Virus record (IMG/VR): IMGVR_UViG_3300017991_000060
Location: 32,001 to 96,000 of that record
DNA: 64,000 nucleotides
Origin: a virus
Direction: 5' to 3' (one strand)
Of the stretch, positions 35,501-44,275 are shown in pieces. The position numbers were made by a program, and so were the translations under genes. The notes under the pieces were generated by a model. The model had not been told where the DNA came from. It did no database searches and saw only the letters and a list, made by a program, of their open reading frames with translations. Numbering within the stretch: the first letter of the stretch is position 1; each line of letters begins with the position of its first letter.

Positions 35501-36171
35501 GCGTTGGAATCCATCTTTCCGTAGAACCGCCTGCCAGTGGCCCCGGAGGTCGAGGAGGACGCGCTGTCCGTCTTGGCGAACGCGCCGTCGTCGCCGCCGG
35601 AGAACCCTACGCGGAGGACCTCGCCGGTGATCGGGTCGAGCGTCTCCGCGGGGAAGGCCGCGCCGATCCCGCTCGCCAGCTCGATGGTGATGCGGGTCGA
35701 GTTGTTCCGCAGCGTCGTCACCACGATCCCGTTGTCCTGTGCGAGATGAGACTCGACGAGCTGGTCCTGGAAGTACACCAGGATGTTGTAGGACTCGGTG
35801 CCGTTGTGGAGGATCGAGTACTTCAGGTCGTCGTTCGCCCAGGTACCGGGGCTCGACGCGACGAGCTTCGAGTGCGCGAGGCCATTATCCTGGAGCAGCT
35901 CCGCCTCCGCGCTCGCGAGGTTGTCACCAGCGACGCGTACGAAGCCGAGCTGGGAGCCTCCGAGGAAGTACCGGATGGCGGCGCGTTGCGCGTACATCCT
36001 GTCCTTCGGGCGGCCGTAGTAGTTGACGAAGTTGCCTTCGTCCGGGAACCAGTTCATCTCGTTCACCGGACCTTTGGTGGCCGGGCCAACGCACCCCATG
36101 ATCGCCGTGCTGATCTGGGGAGCGTAGACGGCCTGATCGAACACCCTGATATTGATGCCTGGTGCTACCAT
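32563..36171 (-). CDS. Contractile tail sheath protein (1202 aa, large central insertion)
   Basis: N-terminal APGINIRVFD..GCVGPATKGPVNE; C-terminal FPIAGFRRG, GLVLYGQQT...TDRINV, FPFEIND.ILW, KLFIKPVRAAEFI. Confidence 0.95.
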   Translation of the reverse strand: MVAPGINIRVFDQAVYAPQISTAIMGCVGPATKGPVNEMNWFPDEGNFVNYYGRPKDRMYAQRAAIRYFLGGSQLGFVRVAGDNLASAEAELLQDNGLAHSKLVASSPGTWANDDLKYSILHNGTESYNILVYFQDQLVESHLAQDNGIVVTTLRNNSTRITIELASGIGAAFPAETLDPITGEVLRVGFSGGDDGAFAKTDSASSSTSGATGRRFYGKMDSNAANRVWENLLTIDGTLSGLAEVRGSVGMAVVPGTFTIRCETGAATYTELSDSGDLSYGPGGAGVGILEPSAGAHVGFIDYRTGNWGVLLSAATLFGGGSIDAIWVRGAQESVGTTAAGQGAYAGNLSQVSLAPGFFNANKVVITVPMEHVIGKVPTAVAGAASANPDLTTLGGWIVPGTVVLTPTHPTDPVPPPVYDDGFGGWRTGPDGTGVPVTGTIDYRTGQWAVTTWDPVGGVSFPALTGADLTAEYDIQVIDMGGGAVAGENGVASIDEVVQPSDAGGDANATDTDPGAQRLIGPISPGSAVLVISDVGGSPETYYDDGVGGWLDRPRGDPRAAAAAGGAIDYTTGAWSITASGAITAAATIKVTSTTTPWDKARRALRGTGPLFRADTTPDTAGMNLDAPAAANDYNGTCWLDHTIGAFAFELDLVESGDRQFDVADNLAIEAVYLPADILGWGDGIEVVFTGELSHAPYRRAEDGIVGFQGAQAANAGAGDPQVTFADLGASADADFWSQNVALSTDPENSLDFRDGGASIKWTSAPLPDEAVFVAASQVVLHLTARYPGDIGNERSTVAEGFRAEIDEDPSLAGTLRLRVLFDTGTEESFGQATDLDELIAKVNDELNGSDLVRAEATGYTGALTPAVLGGSSQVLAMGGAFTIADIVGTKVGQVTTGMQMFRNEDVVPLNWIMCPGQWHRQVIQGMQQLCERPGRRAMGIIPIPDATEPSDHDDFYNGNFNSASVGGIARPTVLVPYPPLSAIDTPYLASIMPWLENYDQYTAQNTWEPPDGEMARLLSLTPEAWFPIAGFRRGRVSATAVRYSVSREDRDFLQGLVGTTVHICNPIVRKEGRGLVLYGQQTAKRTPSATDRINVMWTVNVIMNLLDAASQEFPFEINDAILWREIATTLNDILKPLISQRGLTDAYIVVDASTTTPTDVDQLTVNAKLFIKPVRAAEFINYDLILTPTGADFAEVLAAGS

Positions 36172-36174
36172 CCG

Positions 36175-36906
36175 CTAGTCCTCCGATCCGCTCACCTGTT
36201 CAGCGAGCAGCTCCGGGTTGTCCTCGTCCGTAGCATCGTACAGCGCGAACCGCACGGTGCGAACCAACCTCGCCTCCTGGGGCGGGTACGGGATATACCC
36301 TAGCACTTCCCCACTCCAGGTGCGACGTACCACCTTCTCCCCATCGCCGGGCTCCAGTTCCGAGTTGTCGTCCCAGCCCTGGTTGACCAGCGTGATGCGC
36401 GTAGGCCCGAGGACCTTCGCGTGTTCCAACACGTTGAAGGGCGGCCGGTACCATCTCGGGTTCGACCAGTCCACCGGGAGGAACGCCTTGTCCGCGGCGA
36501 ACTGGAGCTCGATCTGCCCTTCGATGTTCTGCGCGATGATCTCGCCGCCCTCCACAGACGCCCAAAGATCGGCCTGGACGGTGGATCGCATCGGGCGCGG
36601 CCACCGCATAACCTGGGCGGTGCCCTTCTGAATGTCCTTCCCCACAACGACCTGACTGGGGTTGTAGAGGTCCGGGTTGAACTTGGGCGACGGCATCCAG
36701 ATGGAGATGAAAGGGGCGTGCGGCGCGCGGTCGCTGAGCTGCTGCGGGGTGCTTGGGCGGCCCTTACCCTGGAGGCGGCGCTTCATGACCCGGTGGTACT
36801 CCTCGTGCGCGCGGTCCGGAGCGGCGAACACGACGGGGATGGAAGCGCCCGCGTGCCTCGCACGCTGGAAAAACCGCTGGAGCCCGTGGTACCAAGGAGC
36901 GTACAC
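36175..36906 (-). CDS. Tail terminator / sheath stabiliser (T4 gp15-like)
   Basis: IPVVFAAPDRA...PFISIW..KFNPD...RRTWSGEVLGYIP. Immediately upstream of the sheath. Confidence 0.65.
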   Translation of the reverse strand: MYAPWYHGLQRFFQRARHAGASIPVVFAAPDRAHEEYHRVMKRRLQGKGRPSTPQQLSDRAPHAPFISIWMPSPKFNPDLYNPSQVVVGKDIQKGTAQVMRWPRPMRSTVQADLWASVEGGEIIAQNIEGQIELQFAADKAFLPVDWSNPRWYRPPFNVLEHAKVLGPTRITLVNQGWDDNSELEPGDGEKVVRRTWSGEVLGYIPYPPQEARLVRTVRFALYDATDEDNPELLAEQVSGSED

Positions 36907-37569
36907 CTACACGATACCCCTCAGCAACGCTCGGAGCGCCGCCGCCTTGATCGTCTCCCGGTGCGGGAGACCGAGCCAGTAGTCGATGATCTCGCGCGAC
37001 ACCGGCCGCCACGTCGGCCTTGCGGGCATCCGCGAGGTCCCAAACTCGTGCATCCGCATCAACCGATTGAGCGAGATGGCCGTGGGTCCACGGCCGTGTT
37101 CCTCCGCGTTCGGACTCTTCGACCCGCGGTGCTGTCTGGGTTCCAAGCGCACCATGTAGTAGGGCTGGCCCTTCTCGACACCGCGGAATATCTCGATGGA
37201 CCCGATGAGTTCGCCCGTCTCGATGAGCTTCCGGCCGTCCAAACCCAAGCGCGCCTTGCGCCGCACGGTGCTCTCCGCCAGCGGTGGGTGCTCGTTCGAC
37301 GAGAACGGCGCGCGGTTCACCGTGGAGATGTCTGGCCGACGTAGGCGCTCTGGCCGGTCCACCTGGTCCCTCGCCGGGGCCTGGGGCAAGGCCGCCATGA
37401 GCCGGTCGATGATGAGCTCGCGCGTCTCCTCGGCCAGCACACGGTTCTGATGCGCCGTGGCCTCCATCGAGGACTTCACCAGGGAGACCAGGTTCGACAC
37501 CTTGCGGACCTTAAACACCTTGTCTCCGACCCTGGTACGACCCACGACTCTCACACGGCCCCGCGCCAC
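36907..37569 (-). CDS. Virion morphogenesis / tail completion protein
   Basis: PPLAESTVRRKAR..KLIETGELIGSI and RMHEFGTSRMPARP motifs. Confidence 0.75.
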   Translation of the reverse strand: MARGRVRVVGRTRVGDKVFKVRKVSNLVSLVKSSMEATAHQNRVLAEETRELIIDRLMAALPQAPARDQVDRPERLRRPDISTVNRAPFSSNEHPPLAESTVRRKARLGLDGRKLIETGELIGSIEIFRGVEKGQPYYMVRLEPRQHRGSKSPNAEEHGRGPTAISLNRLMRMHEFGTSRMPARPTWRPVSREIIDYWLGLPHRETIKAAALRALLRGIV

Positions 37570-38198
37570 GGCACACCCCCTTCCGGTTTGGGGGGAGCCA
37601 GGGATGGCGGCTTCGGTAGCTGGGCCATGCCTGGGTCCGTCGAGTCCTCGCGAACGGCCGCCGCGGTGCCCTTCCAGACGGCCGGGATGTCGGTCGGCCC
37701 GAGATCATCTGGCGGCCCCATCTGGAGGATGGAGTAGTAGACGCTCCTGTAACTGAACACGTCACCGGGACGTGGGATGTAGATGTGCGTCAGGTCGGGG
37801 TCCTCCAGAGTGAACTCTTCGTCGTCCGTCTCACGAAGGAGTGCGCCGACCCGACGCGCCTCGGCCCTGCTCCACCCGAGGCTAACCAGCCCTTCAGTGC
37901 CGGTGTTGCCCTTCTTTCGACCCTTGGTTTCGGCCGTAGGATCGACGTAGAGATGGACACCGAGGGGTTCACGATAGCGTCGGGTGACGAGCGGGGTGTT
38001 CCAGTAAACCTCGTGCGGGGCTTCCCCTCCTGAACTGCCCGGTTCCGGGGCGTCTTCGGGGAGTAGGAGCGGCCAGAACCAAATGCGGGGGATGCTCCGC
38101 CGGTCGTACTTGGCCTGGGTGCGGATGAGCATCCGCTCTTGCGCCGCGTAGGGTACGGGCCAAATGCCGCCCCTATCCGGCGAGGTCGATTTGTCCAT
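37551..38198 (-). CDS. Head closure / neck protein (T4 gp14-like)
   Basis: Position between neck-1 and tail completion genes; IPRPGDVFSYRSVYYSI beta-barrel segment. Confidence 0.55.
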   Translation of the reverse strand: MDKSTSPDRGGIWPVPYAAQERMLIRTQAKYDRRSIPRIWFWPLLLPEDAPEPGSSGGEAPHEVYWNTPLVTRRYREPLGVHLYVDPTAETKGRKKGNTGTEGLVSLGWSRAEARRVGALLRETDDEEFTLEDPDLTHIYIPRPGDVFSYRSVYYSILQMGPPDDLGPTDIPAVWKGTAAAVREDSTDPGMAQLPKPPSLAPPKPEGGVPWRGAV

Positions 38199-38257
38199 TC
38201 CACCCTCTGCGCCAGCGGAGTCTTAGGCCCGCCGTTTCGCGTCGCTGGAATAGCTCG

Positions 38258-38287
38258 ATACTACCAGTTTGCCGAGCTGCGTTCCAG
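38258..38287 (-). promoter_or_regulatory. Candidate late promoter, copy 1 (CTGGAAC-N14-TGgTAGTAT)
   Basis: In the 90-nt gap upstream of the neck/tail operon. Same motif as at 44172 and 52578. Confidence 0.6.
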
Positions 38288-38710
38288 TCAGAGGAGGTCC
38301 TTCAGCTCACGGTCCAGGTCCTCCCTGGTCCTCGGCCTCGGCCCATAGTGGAAGGATGATTCCCCGAATGCCCGCACGGCCAGATAGTAGGTCCAGGCCA
38401 TCATGCGATGCCACCAACGCGAATACCATGGGGCACGCTTCGCGTCCTCTCGGAGAGCCAGGTAAAACTGCCAGTCCGCCTTCTCGCGGTCGCGCTCCGT
38501 GTGCCCGATCCAATAGTTGAAGTCGTGGTGGTCACAGCTCGCCGTGAACATGAACTCCGGCACCGGAACCTTCCCGCCCTTCGGGCCGCAGCCGTTGCAG
38601 ATGAGGTCCCGCTCAAGGGGCGCCAGATCGCGGAACCGAACGGGGGTCCCACCACCGAGTCCGTCCCCGGCGGCGTGCATCTCGCGGCGGCGCTCATCGA
38701 AGGCAGCCAT
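38288..38710 (-). CDS. Phospholipase A2-like (Cys/His-Asp) protein
   Basis: ICNGCGPKGG...FTASCDHHDFNYWIG...ADWQFY...YYLAVRAFG resembles the CxxHD.xY..D catalytic pattern of PLA2-fold phage proteins. Confidence 0.55.
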   Translation of the reverse strand: MAAFDERRREMHAAGDGLGGGTPVRFRDLAPLERDLICNGCGPKGGKVPVPEFMFTASCDHHDFNYWIGHTERDREKADWQFYLALREDAKRAPWYSRWWHRMMAWTYYLAVRAFGESSFHYGPRPRTREDLDRELKDLL

Positions 38711-38715
38711 CAGTC

Positions 38716-39942
38716 CTACGCCTCCACCTCATCGATCCCGTAGATGACGATGGCCGCCCACGTCCCGGGGAACTCGATACCATCCACCAGATAGACGCGC
38801 ATGTACATGAGCTGAGATGACAGGAGCGGGATGGAGGACATGTACTCGACCCGATGGATGTTGACCTTGAGCGCCCCCATCCCACGGGGGGCAGCGCCCC
38901 CATGGGGCTCGATCTGCGGGTAGCTTCCATGCGCCCAATTGATGAGATCCCACATCGTCTTGACGTAGGTCGGGCGGCGGATGGGCTGGCCGTTCGGGGG
39001 CGCGGCGCCAGCGTAGACGTTCATCGTGATGGTATCCGCGAGCTCCACGTCGTCCGACGCTTGGACCTCCACACGGTCGATGATGGCCTTCCGGCCCGGC
39101 GCCGGAACCACCACTACGCACGCGCACCCATCCTCCGGGACGTAGTAGTAGGTGGCCGTGATGGCGGCGCCGTCGGCCGGTGCCTGGTAGAACGTGATGG
39201 TCCCGGTCACGTAGTCGATCTCGTAATCGCCGCCGGAATCCGCGCCGAACGCACGTTCGATCTGCTCGATGCCGCCCACCTTCACGATGGGCACGAACCC
39301 GGAGAGAGGCCCAGCGAAACAGTTGGGGTCCGTGTCCGGGTCGGGGTACTTGTACCCGTCGCCCATCGCGCGGTAGGCGCCATCCCAATTTGGGATGTCG
39401 TCCTCCTCCGAGACCTTGCCGTGGCTCAAGTCGAGGATGCGCTCGGCCGCGTTGGCGTTCGTCCCGTGGGCGAGGTCGAAGTCCGTGGTGGCACCGTCGC
39501 CGGTTCCCACGGCCTCGTCCTCGACCTTGGTGGCGTCAGACCGCCACGTCGTCTTGTCGCAGAGGTTGATGGAGAAGCCGTAGACCCGGTTATGCTCCAA
39601 GCCATCTGGCCGTCGGACATGCACGCCGGGCTTGTTCGCCACCACCACGGGCCGAGCTGCTACCGCCGAGGGTGAATCGTCGTGTGCCGCGATCAGCCCG
39701 CCCGCCGGGGCTGTCTCGTCGCCATCAAGGGTGGTCTTGTCCCCTGCCGGGAGGTCGGCCCGGAACACGATGGTCGCCACCCCGCCCACGGTCCTGCCCG
39801 CGCCATCCCGCACGCCACCCGACACGTCCACGCGGTCCACGGCCACGGTGATCGCGGATGCGCGTATCTCCTCCACCAATCGGGCCGCATTGACGGCACC
39901 CCCGGGGAAGTCCACGGAAACATCGTAGCTGAACGAGGCCAT
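38716..39942 (-). CDS. Virion structural protein (contains one IDYxTG module)
   Basis: ATG 39942 coupled by TAATG. GTGDGATTDFDL...YEIDYVTGTITF..APADGAAITATY. Confidence 0.65.
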   Translation of the reverse strand: MASFSYDVSVDFPGGAVNAARLVEEIRASAITVAVDRVDVSGGVRDGAGRTVGGVATIVFRADLPAGDKTTLDGDETAPAGGLIAAHDDSPSAVAARPVVVANKPGVHVRRPDGLEHNRVYGFSINLCDKTTWRSDATKVEDEAVGTGDGATTDFDLAHGTNANAAERILDLSHGKVSEEDDIPNWDGAYRAMGDGYKYPDPDTDPNCFAGPLSGFVPIVKVGGIEQIERAFGADSGGDYEIDYVTGTITFYQAPADGAAITATYYYVPEDGCACVVVVPAPGRKAIIDRVEVQASDDVELADTITMNVYAGAAPPNGQPIRRPTYVKTMWDLINWAHGSYPQIEPHGGAAPRGMGALKVNIHRVEYMSSIPLLSSQLMYMRVYLVDGIEFPGTWAAIVIYGIDEVEA

Positions 39943-40574
39943 TAGAACCTCACCACCTGGAATGTACATGGCACGCGGCCTGTGCTCGCGAAGATGGTGA
40001 CGCTACCCCCACCTGCCGAGACCACGTACTCCATACGGAACTGCGTCGGGACGGCGTTGGGCAGTTGCACGGCCGTCACGAACGAAAAGATCACCTCATC
40101 AGTGCTGTCGGGTTCCTCGTACACGGTACCCCGCGCCGCCCCGCTGACCCTGGCCCACGACCCGCTGTTGTCATGTGCGACATCGAACCCGTAGCGGCTC
40201 CCACTGCCCACCGAGTTGTCGAACGTGCCGGCGACGGATACCAGCACCCACTCCCCGGCCGAGGGTGTGAATGCCGCGAGCGTGGTGCCCGGTACGGCGA
40301 CGAACGCCGTGCTCGTGGTGGTCTTGTCCCCATTAAGTAGGCGGCCCCCAAGCACTTGGCTGATCCCGCCGGTCCCCCCGACACCGACCTGCCTCCATAC
40401 CGCCGCGCCCGCCGAAGCATCGGCACACCAGTACACCTGCCCGGCGGATATGTCCACCCACATACTGCCGGGGGAGTAGCCCTGGGTCACATCGTCGGAT
40501 GCCGTGGGGGCCGTCGTGGCGGCACGGTTGTCCCGCACCCGGTCCAGCGTCTTCAGCGTCGGGTCGAAGCCCAC
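39942..40574 (-). CDS. Short fibre/collar-like protein
   Basis: APTASDDVTQGYSPGSMWVD...WCADASAGAAVW is a typical fibre N-terminal motif. GTG behind AGGAGG. Confidence 0.6.
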   Translation of the reverse strand: MGFDPTLKTLDRVRDNRAATTAPTASDDVTQGYSPGSMWVDISAGQVYWCADASAGAAVWRQVGVGGTGGISQVLGGRLLNGDKTTTSTAFVAVPGTTLAAFTPSAGEWVLVSVAGTFDNSVGSGSRYGFDVAHDNSGSWARVSGAARGTVYEEPDSTDEVIFSFVTAVQLPNAVPTQFRMEYVVSAGGGSVTIFASTGRVPCTFQVVRF

Positions 40575-40586
40575 GGCGACCTCCTG

Positions 40587-41690
40587 CTAGTAGGCGGACG
40601 GCATCCGGAGGTACAGCGTCTCACCGGGGAACAGGACGTGGCTGAACGCGATCTGCGTGGCGCTCACCCAGTACGCGTCCCTGGGCGTGCCCGCACCGAC
40701 ACCCCTGGACTCCTGCCGGCCGTTGCGGTCGATGATGATCCGCTCGTCGTCGCGGAACTCCGCTCCGCTGGCGGGGAGAGCGATGGTTCCGTAGGACGCG
40801 GCGAGTGTGGTCCGCGCTCCGGCTGTGGTGAAGGCGCCGGTGTTGATGTTGAGAGGATCTCCCGCCGCAATGATAGCGCCCGCCGTGATGTCGAACTCTT
40901 TGAACGGCAGCCTGGGGGACGAACTGCCGGGGTCGATGATCGATGGGAGAGCGCCGCCCGAGAGGAGGGCACCACGGTTGAGCCCGTAGAAGTTCCGTTG
41001 CCTCGGGAGGCTGAAATGGTACGTGCCTGCCGGCAAGGTGGTCGCGGTGATGATATCCGTGGTCTTGTCGATGTAGACGAAGGACATCTGGAGGTTCTCG
41101 CTACCGACCCCGGCGATGGCCACCCCATCCGCCGAGCCCGAAACCACCTGGAGGAGCCCGAAAATCTGCTCCCCGGTGGGGGTCTCGGGGTGGTCGTTTG
41201 TGCCAGCGTCGAGGATCGAACACCGGTTGAGGAGCACACCGTCACCGTCACTGGCGGTGCTCAGGCCAACGCCCAAGGTGCCGGCGACGGTGAAGTTAGC
41301 CTCGTCGGCCGCCACGTAGCCGCCGTCCTCCGTGGACGCCGGGCCTACCGCCACCGTGCCGGCACCGCCCACCAGAAGGGTGGCGGGGATGAGCGCCCCG
41401 CTGGCCGCCGCGCCGAGGACGAAGTCCTGCGTACCAGGCAACGGGGGCATGTCAAAGGCGAGGATCTTGTCATGGATCTGTTTCAGCCCGAAGTTGTCGA
41501 GGAGGGCATCGAACCAGTTCCCCGCCCCCGCGCCGTCATTGTGCCGCATGAGCATCGAGCGGATGGCGTTCAGGTCGAACTCCATGTGCTCGCTGCCGGC
41601 ACCCGGCGTCTCCAGGCTAGCGCCCGGGGAGAAGGTGTCGTCGTAGGTCCGCGAGGACCTGAGTTGAGTCGTTTGTTCCAAAAGGCTCAT
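40587..41690 (-). CDS. Virion structural protein
   Basis: 367-aa G/A/T-rich ORF. Its C-terminal domain is paralogous to that of the adjacent gene. Confidence 0.6.
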   Translation of the reverse strand: MSLLEQTTQLRSSRTYDDTFSPGASLETPGAGSEHMEFDLNAIRSMLMRHNDGAGAGNWFDALLDNFGLKQIHDKILAFDMPPLPGTQDFVLGAAASGALIPATLLVGGAGTVAVGPASTEDGGYVAADEANFTVAGTLGVGLSTASDGDGVLLNRCSILDAGTNDHPETPTGEQIFGLLQVVSGSADGVAIAGVGSENLQMSFVYIDKTTDIITATTLPAGTYHFSLPRQRNFYGLNRGALLSGGALPSIIDPGSSSPRLPFKEFDITAGAIIAAGDPLNINTGAFTTAGARTTLAASYGTIALPASGAEFRDDERIIIDRNGRQESRGVGAGTPRDAYWVSATQIAFSHVLFPGETLYLRMPSAY

Positions 41691-41699
41691 CGTTCTCTC

Positions 41700-42287
41700 C
41701 TACACCGGCGATGGGGAAGGCGGCGCGATAGGTGCCCTCACCATCACTTGGTTGCCAGCGAAGATCGTCCGATCCAGCGCGAGCTGCACCGTCGAAACCC
41801 ATTGCGCTTCCCCGAACCCTACCCCGCGCCCACGCCTCATTTCCTGCCCGTTCAGCGTCACTTCGATGCGCCCGTCGTCCTCGAAATCGAGGCCGGACGC
41901 CGGAAGGAGGATGACAGGCTGACCGGGTGCCTGTAGAGCCGGGGTGTCTCCAATCACCGTCGCCGCTCCGCCAGCGTACGACCCGTCCTGGATGTTGATG
42001 GGCATGTTGGGCGGTACCGGAGCGCCGGAAAACGTGAGCGTCACCTCTACGAGCTGCCCACCGGCGTTCACCTTCGCCTGGAGGTCCTCGTCGAGCTCGC
42101 TCTCCGCCACCTTGGTACCGGACTCCGACGCCGGGTCGCCCGCCATGAGATCACGGTCCTTCGGGCCGATGGCGCGCGTGTTCCTGAAGGTGCGGCTGTC
42201 GAGCGTCCTCTGGGCGGCGTCGAGCGCGGCCTGGGACTCGCCGTAGGCGTCCTCGCGATCCTGCTCTCGGATCACCTTCTCCGTCAT
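41700..42287 (-). CDS. Virion structural protein
   Basis: ATG 42287 (ATGA coupling). Shares the LPASG.(E/D)F.DD.RI...NG...RG.G.G...WVS..Q.A domain with 40587-41690. Confidence 0.6.
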   Translation of the reverse strand: MTEKVIREQDREDAYGESQAALDAAQRTLDSRTFRNTRAIGPKDRDLMAGDPASESGTKVAESELDEDLQAKVNAGGQLVEVTLTFSGAPVPPNMPINIQDGSYAGGAATVIGDTPALQAPGQPVILLPASGLDFEDDGRIEVTLNGQEMRRGRGVGFGEAQWVSTVQLALDRTIFAGNQVMVRAPIAPPSPSPV

Positions 42288-43054
42288 CCGATGTACCCCA
42301 TCGGCGGGTACGAGGTGAGCGCCGTCTGGAGCTTCTCCTCGACCTCCCGCCACTCTTCCTTCGCCTCCGTGCGTAGGTCGGCGGCGTCCGTCTGAATCTC
42401 CCCGGCCGGTCCTGGGATCGGCCCCCGACTCCCCTGGACACGGGCGAGGATCATCTTGGCCGCGGCCACACTCGCCCGACGGAAGTAGTGCTGCTGGTCG
42501 TACGTGATGTCCTGTAGGCGTCGATCACGCGAGGCGAGGACCATCGCCACGACGCTCTGCCCAGGCGCGGTGATCCAGAGCTCCCGAGTTTCCGGGTTCC
42601 AATGCCACGCGGGCCTGGTGCCGAGCATCCGCTCGTAGGTCCGCTGGCCCATGCTGAACTCGAAGTACAACCGAGGACCCTGGTACCCCCACCTGGAGAT
42701 GAACACGTCGCCCGACGGCGTGGTGGCGAGGCCGGAAGTGCGCTGGTCGCGGTCCACGAAACGAACATCAAGGATGTTCCGAACGAACCCGATGGGGTAC
42801 CGCCGGTTGTCCAACCTGGCCTCGTCCGCGAAGAAGGTGATGCGGTAGCCGCCCTCCCCGGTGGGGGAGGGCACCTCGAACGGGTACCACGCCTTCATCG
42901 GCCGGTACATGTTCCAGAGATCGAGGGCGCGGGAGAGGGCAGCGTCCAGGTTGCGTTCGGAAAGGTCGGGATCCACCCCATCCCCTCCGAGGTCGCCCAG
43001 GATGATCTGCCGCCACTCGTCGCGCGTGCGATGGGTGGGGAGTGTCTCGCTCAC
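42284..43054 (-). CDS. Head-tail adaptor / neck protein (T4 gp13-like)
   Basis: DLSERNLDAALSRAL at the N-terminus and GEIQTDAADLRTEAKEEWREVEEKL..PPMGYIG at the C-terminus. Confidence 0.8.
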   Translation of the reverse strand: MSETLPTHRTRDEWRQIILGDLGGDGVDPDLSERNLDAALSRALDLWNMYRPMKAWYPFEVPSPTGEGGYRITFFADEARLDNRRYPIGFVRNILDVRFVDRDQRTSGLATTPSGDVFISRWGYQGPRLYFEFSMGQRTYERMLGTRPAWHWNPETRELWITAPGQSVVAMVLASRDRRLQDITYDQQHYFRRASVAAAKMILARVQGSRGPIPGPAGEIQTDAADLRTEAKEEWREVEEKLQTALTSYPPMGYIG

Positions 43055-43067
43055 GCGACCCTCCTAC

Positions 43068-43577
43068 CTACAAGCCAATCTCCTCCGAGAGCCTGGTCCG
43101 CAAGTCCTCGACGGTGCCTTCGGACTCGACGCCCAGGGCCTCGGCCAGCTTGATGAGCTCAGCCTTCCGCATGACGAAAAGCTGCCGCTTCGACGTAGGG
43201 AGATCCACCTCCCCCTCGTCCTCGGCGGGCTCCTCCTCGGCCTTGGGCGGCTCCACCGGGGGCGGGATGTCCTCGCCGCCCTTGCGGCCCACCTTCTCGG
43301 TGCTCGGGGGAAGGGGCGGAGGCGTGGTCGCCTTGGCCGCCTCGGCCGCCTTGACGGCCTCGGGGCAGTCGTCGGTGGACTGACCCTCCTCACCACGGCC
43401 GCGCGGCTTGGGGGCCGCCGGACGGCTCCCAGGCGGCTCCTCCGTCGGCACGCTGATGTAGCGGTTGGGGATGTGCTTCGACGCCTCCCGGCTGACCTTG
43501 GTGTCCTTCAGGTACGTGCGCGCCTGAGCGCCGTGACGGCCGCCGTGCGAGACGATGACGTTCTGCCGTGCCTTCAC
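43068..43577 (-). CDS. Pro/Glu-rich protein with C-terminal Rho-N/HeH-like domain
   Basis: GTG 43577 behind AAGGAGG. LFVMRKAELIKLAEALGVESEGTVEDLRTRL. Confidence 0.65.
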   Translation of the reverse strand: MKARQNVIVSHGGRHGAQARTYLKDTKVSREASKHIPNRYISVPTEEPPGSRPAAPKPRGRGEEGQSTDDCPEAVKAAEAAKATTPPPLPPSTEKVGRKGGEDIPPPVEPPKAEEEPAEDEGEVDLPTSKRQLFVMRKAELIKLAEALGVESEGTVEDLRTRLSEEIGL

Positions 43578-43587
43578 GCCTACCTCC

Positions 43588-44136
43588 TTAGTCGATACCC
43601 TGCGCGGCCCTCTCCAGCTCGCCCATGGCGACGGTCTTGTCCGAGATGGGCGGGGGAACCCGGCCCTCCGCCGCCCGCTTGCGCGCCTTGAGCACCCAGT
43701 CGGGAGCCCGGTCGCCCGTGCGGACCTGGCGCACCTTGTCAAGTTCGAGGAGACGGGCGAGGGGGAGATCCACCACGCGCGCCAGCCCAAGGTTGATGGG
43801 CTGGTTGATCTGCTCCACATAGTAGGCTCCCTGGCGACGGTCGCCCACGTCGATGCGGGGGTTGTCTTGCTTCACCGCGGGCACGCCCTCGGCCGCGACC
43901 ATCACCGTGCGCGAGCTGGCGTTAATGATGATGTCGCCGGGGCAGCACTGGCCCTCGACCTGGGCGCAGTCCGGGATGGGCCGGATCTCGGGGAGCGGTG
44001 CCCTCGGGTCGAGCCCCATCAGCTCACGCTGTAGGGCCTCGTATTTCTTCGTGTCGAAGTCCGGGTGCCGGGGGCACTCCGGCGCGTGATCGCGCGAGTT
44101 CCAGTCGTAAACGCCCTTCTTCTTCACGTCAGCCAT
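43588..44136 (-). CDS. Hypothetical protein downstream of the capsid gene
   Basis: AGGAGG RBS, strong codon bias. Confidence 0.75.
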   Translation of the reverse strand: MADVKKKGVYDWNSRDHAPECPRHPDFDTKKYEALQRELMGLDPRAPLPEIRPIPDCAQVEGQCCPGDIIINASSRTVMVAAEGVPAVKQDNPRIDVGDRRQGAYYVEQINQPINLGLARVVDLPLARLLELDKVRQVRTGDRAPDWVLKARKRAAEGRVPPPISDKTVAMGELERAAQGID

Positions 44137-44171
44137 CTTTCTCCGCCTCCTATGTAGGGTTCCGAGCCTTC

Positions 44172-44202
44172 AGTCTAGCATACCCCCAGAGAGCGGTTCC
44201 AG
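44172..44202 (-). promoter_or_regulatory. Candidate late promoter, copy 2 (CTGGAAC-N15-TGcTAGACT)
   Basis: In the gap after the capsid gene, about 35 nt before the next ATG, with the RBS in between. Confidence 0.55.
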
Positions 44203-44211
44203 TACACGGGA

Positions 44212-44235
44212 CGAGCCCGACCGAAGCCGGGCTCG
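44212..44235 (-). terminator. Stable UUCG-loop hairpin after the capsid gene
   Basis: CGAGCCCGGC-TTCG-GTCGGGCTCG on the minus strand. The U-tract is poor, so this may be a stabiliser rather than an intrinsic terminator. Confidence 0.5.
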
Positions 44236-44275
44236 CACACCTACGCGATTGATCGCAACCAGCCTAGAGGCCGTC

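Noticed and set aside
16667-36906. Extracellular contractile injection system or tailocin rather than a phage
   Set aside because: Capsid, protease, scaffold, neck and a full replisome are contiguous with the tail genes.
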